64,000 nt of DNA from Phoronis australis (Eukaryota; Animalia; Phoronida). The DNA is taken from assembly GCA_002633005.1 (NCBI GenBank), contig NMRA01000001.1, positions 4,566,694-4,630,693 on the forward strand, in the 5' to 3' direction. Shown in pieces: positions 63,248 through 64,000 of the stretch (its first letter is position 1; the number at the start of each line of letters is the position of its first letter). The notes under the pieces were generated by a model. The model ran no database searches, was not told where the DNA came from, and saw only the letters and a program-made list of their open reading frames with translations. Made by a program: the position numbers and the translations under genes.

Positions 63248-63930
63248 ATGGATTCGGACGTCAGCACATCGCCCGCTAGCCTCACGAATCCGACCCACGC
63301 GTCTAGTGAACCCGAGACGGTGGATTTAGGACCCGACAAATCACCAGCAGACGATGACATCTTGACGAATAAAAACTTAACCTTCTCGCCCGAACAAGTG
63401 GCATGTGTATGCGAAGCCCTTCAGCAGAGTGGCAACATCGACCGGCTGGCACGTTTCCTCTGGTCGCTACCTCCAAATGAACTGTTGAGGGGCAGTGAGG
63501 CGGTACTGAAGGCCCGGGCTACTGTGGCCTTCCACCGTGCCAACTACCGTGAACTGTACGCCATTCTGGAAAGTCACAACTTTGATGGAGCCAGCCACGC
63601 CATGTTGCAGCAAATGTGGTATAAGGCGCATTACATGGAGGCGCAAAAAATTCGAGGGCGCCCTCTTGGTGCAGTGGACAAGTACAGACTAAGACGAAAA
63701 TATCCCCTGCCTAAAACGATATGGGACGGGGAGGAAACTGTTTATTGTTTTAAAGAAAAATCTCGCCAAGCATTGAAAGACTCTTATAAGCAAAACAGAT
63801 ACCCAACACCGGACGAGAAACGTGGTCTCGCGAAGAAGACGGGTTTGACTTTGACGCAAGTATCTAACTGGTTCAAGAACAGACGACAGAGAGACCGCAC
63901 GCCCCAGCACCCAGCACACTGCAGGCCCGG
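63248..63930 (+). CDS. Six4/5: SIX-class homeobox protein Six4/5, first coding exon (SIX domain plus homeodomain); gene continues beyond the window
   Basis: [30 protein letters not shown]...[34 protein letters not shown]...[14 protein letters not shown]. The ETVY tetrapeptide is diagnostic of Six4/5 (Six1/2 ETSY, Six3/6 QKTH). Donor GG|GTAAGT at 63930/63931. Confidence 0.97.
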
Positions 63931-64000
63931 GTAAGTAGGCCTGTCGTCATTGTACTACTGACATGTCGTGTTAAAAACAACCTAGATATTGTAATTCAAG

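Noticed and set aside
63689-63919. Antisense ORF over the homeobox
   Set aside because: Shadow of the Six4/5 coding frame.

Overview
Animal genomic DNA with GT-AG introns and moderate AT-richness. The gene and repeat content suggests a marine invertebrate, probably a lophotrochozoan (inference). Genes, left to right: (1) the last coding exon of mitochondrial translation initiation factor 2 (MTIF2); (2) a tandem pair of unrecognised type-I membrane proteins built from a six-cysteine, sushi/CCP-like module; (3) a minus-strand two-exon MADF (Myb/SANT-like) DNA-binding protein; (4) a MacroD1/2-type ADP-ribose hydrolase, head-to-head with the MADF gene; (5) a 15-exon RAI14/UACA/ANKRD24-family ankyrin plus coiled-coil gene; (6) after about 15 kb without recognisable genes, coding exon 1 of Six4/5. 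Mobile DNA includes CR1-like LINE, Ty3/Gypsy and pogo relics, a non-autonomous family with 5-bp target-site duplications, several foldback/MITE elements and minisatellites. Four local duplications each abut a single N and are probably unmerged haplotypes. All calls come from manual translation and recalled family motifs; no database search was run.
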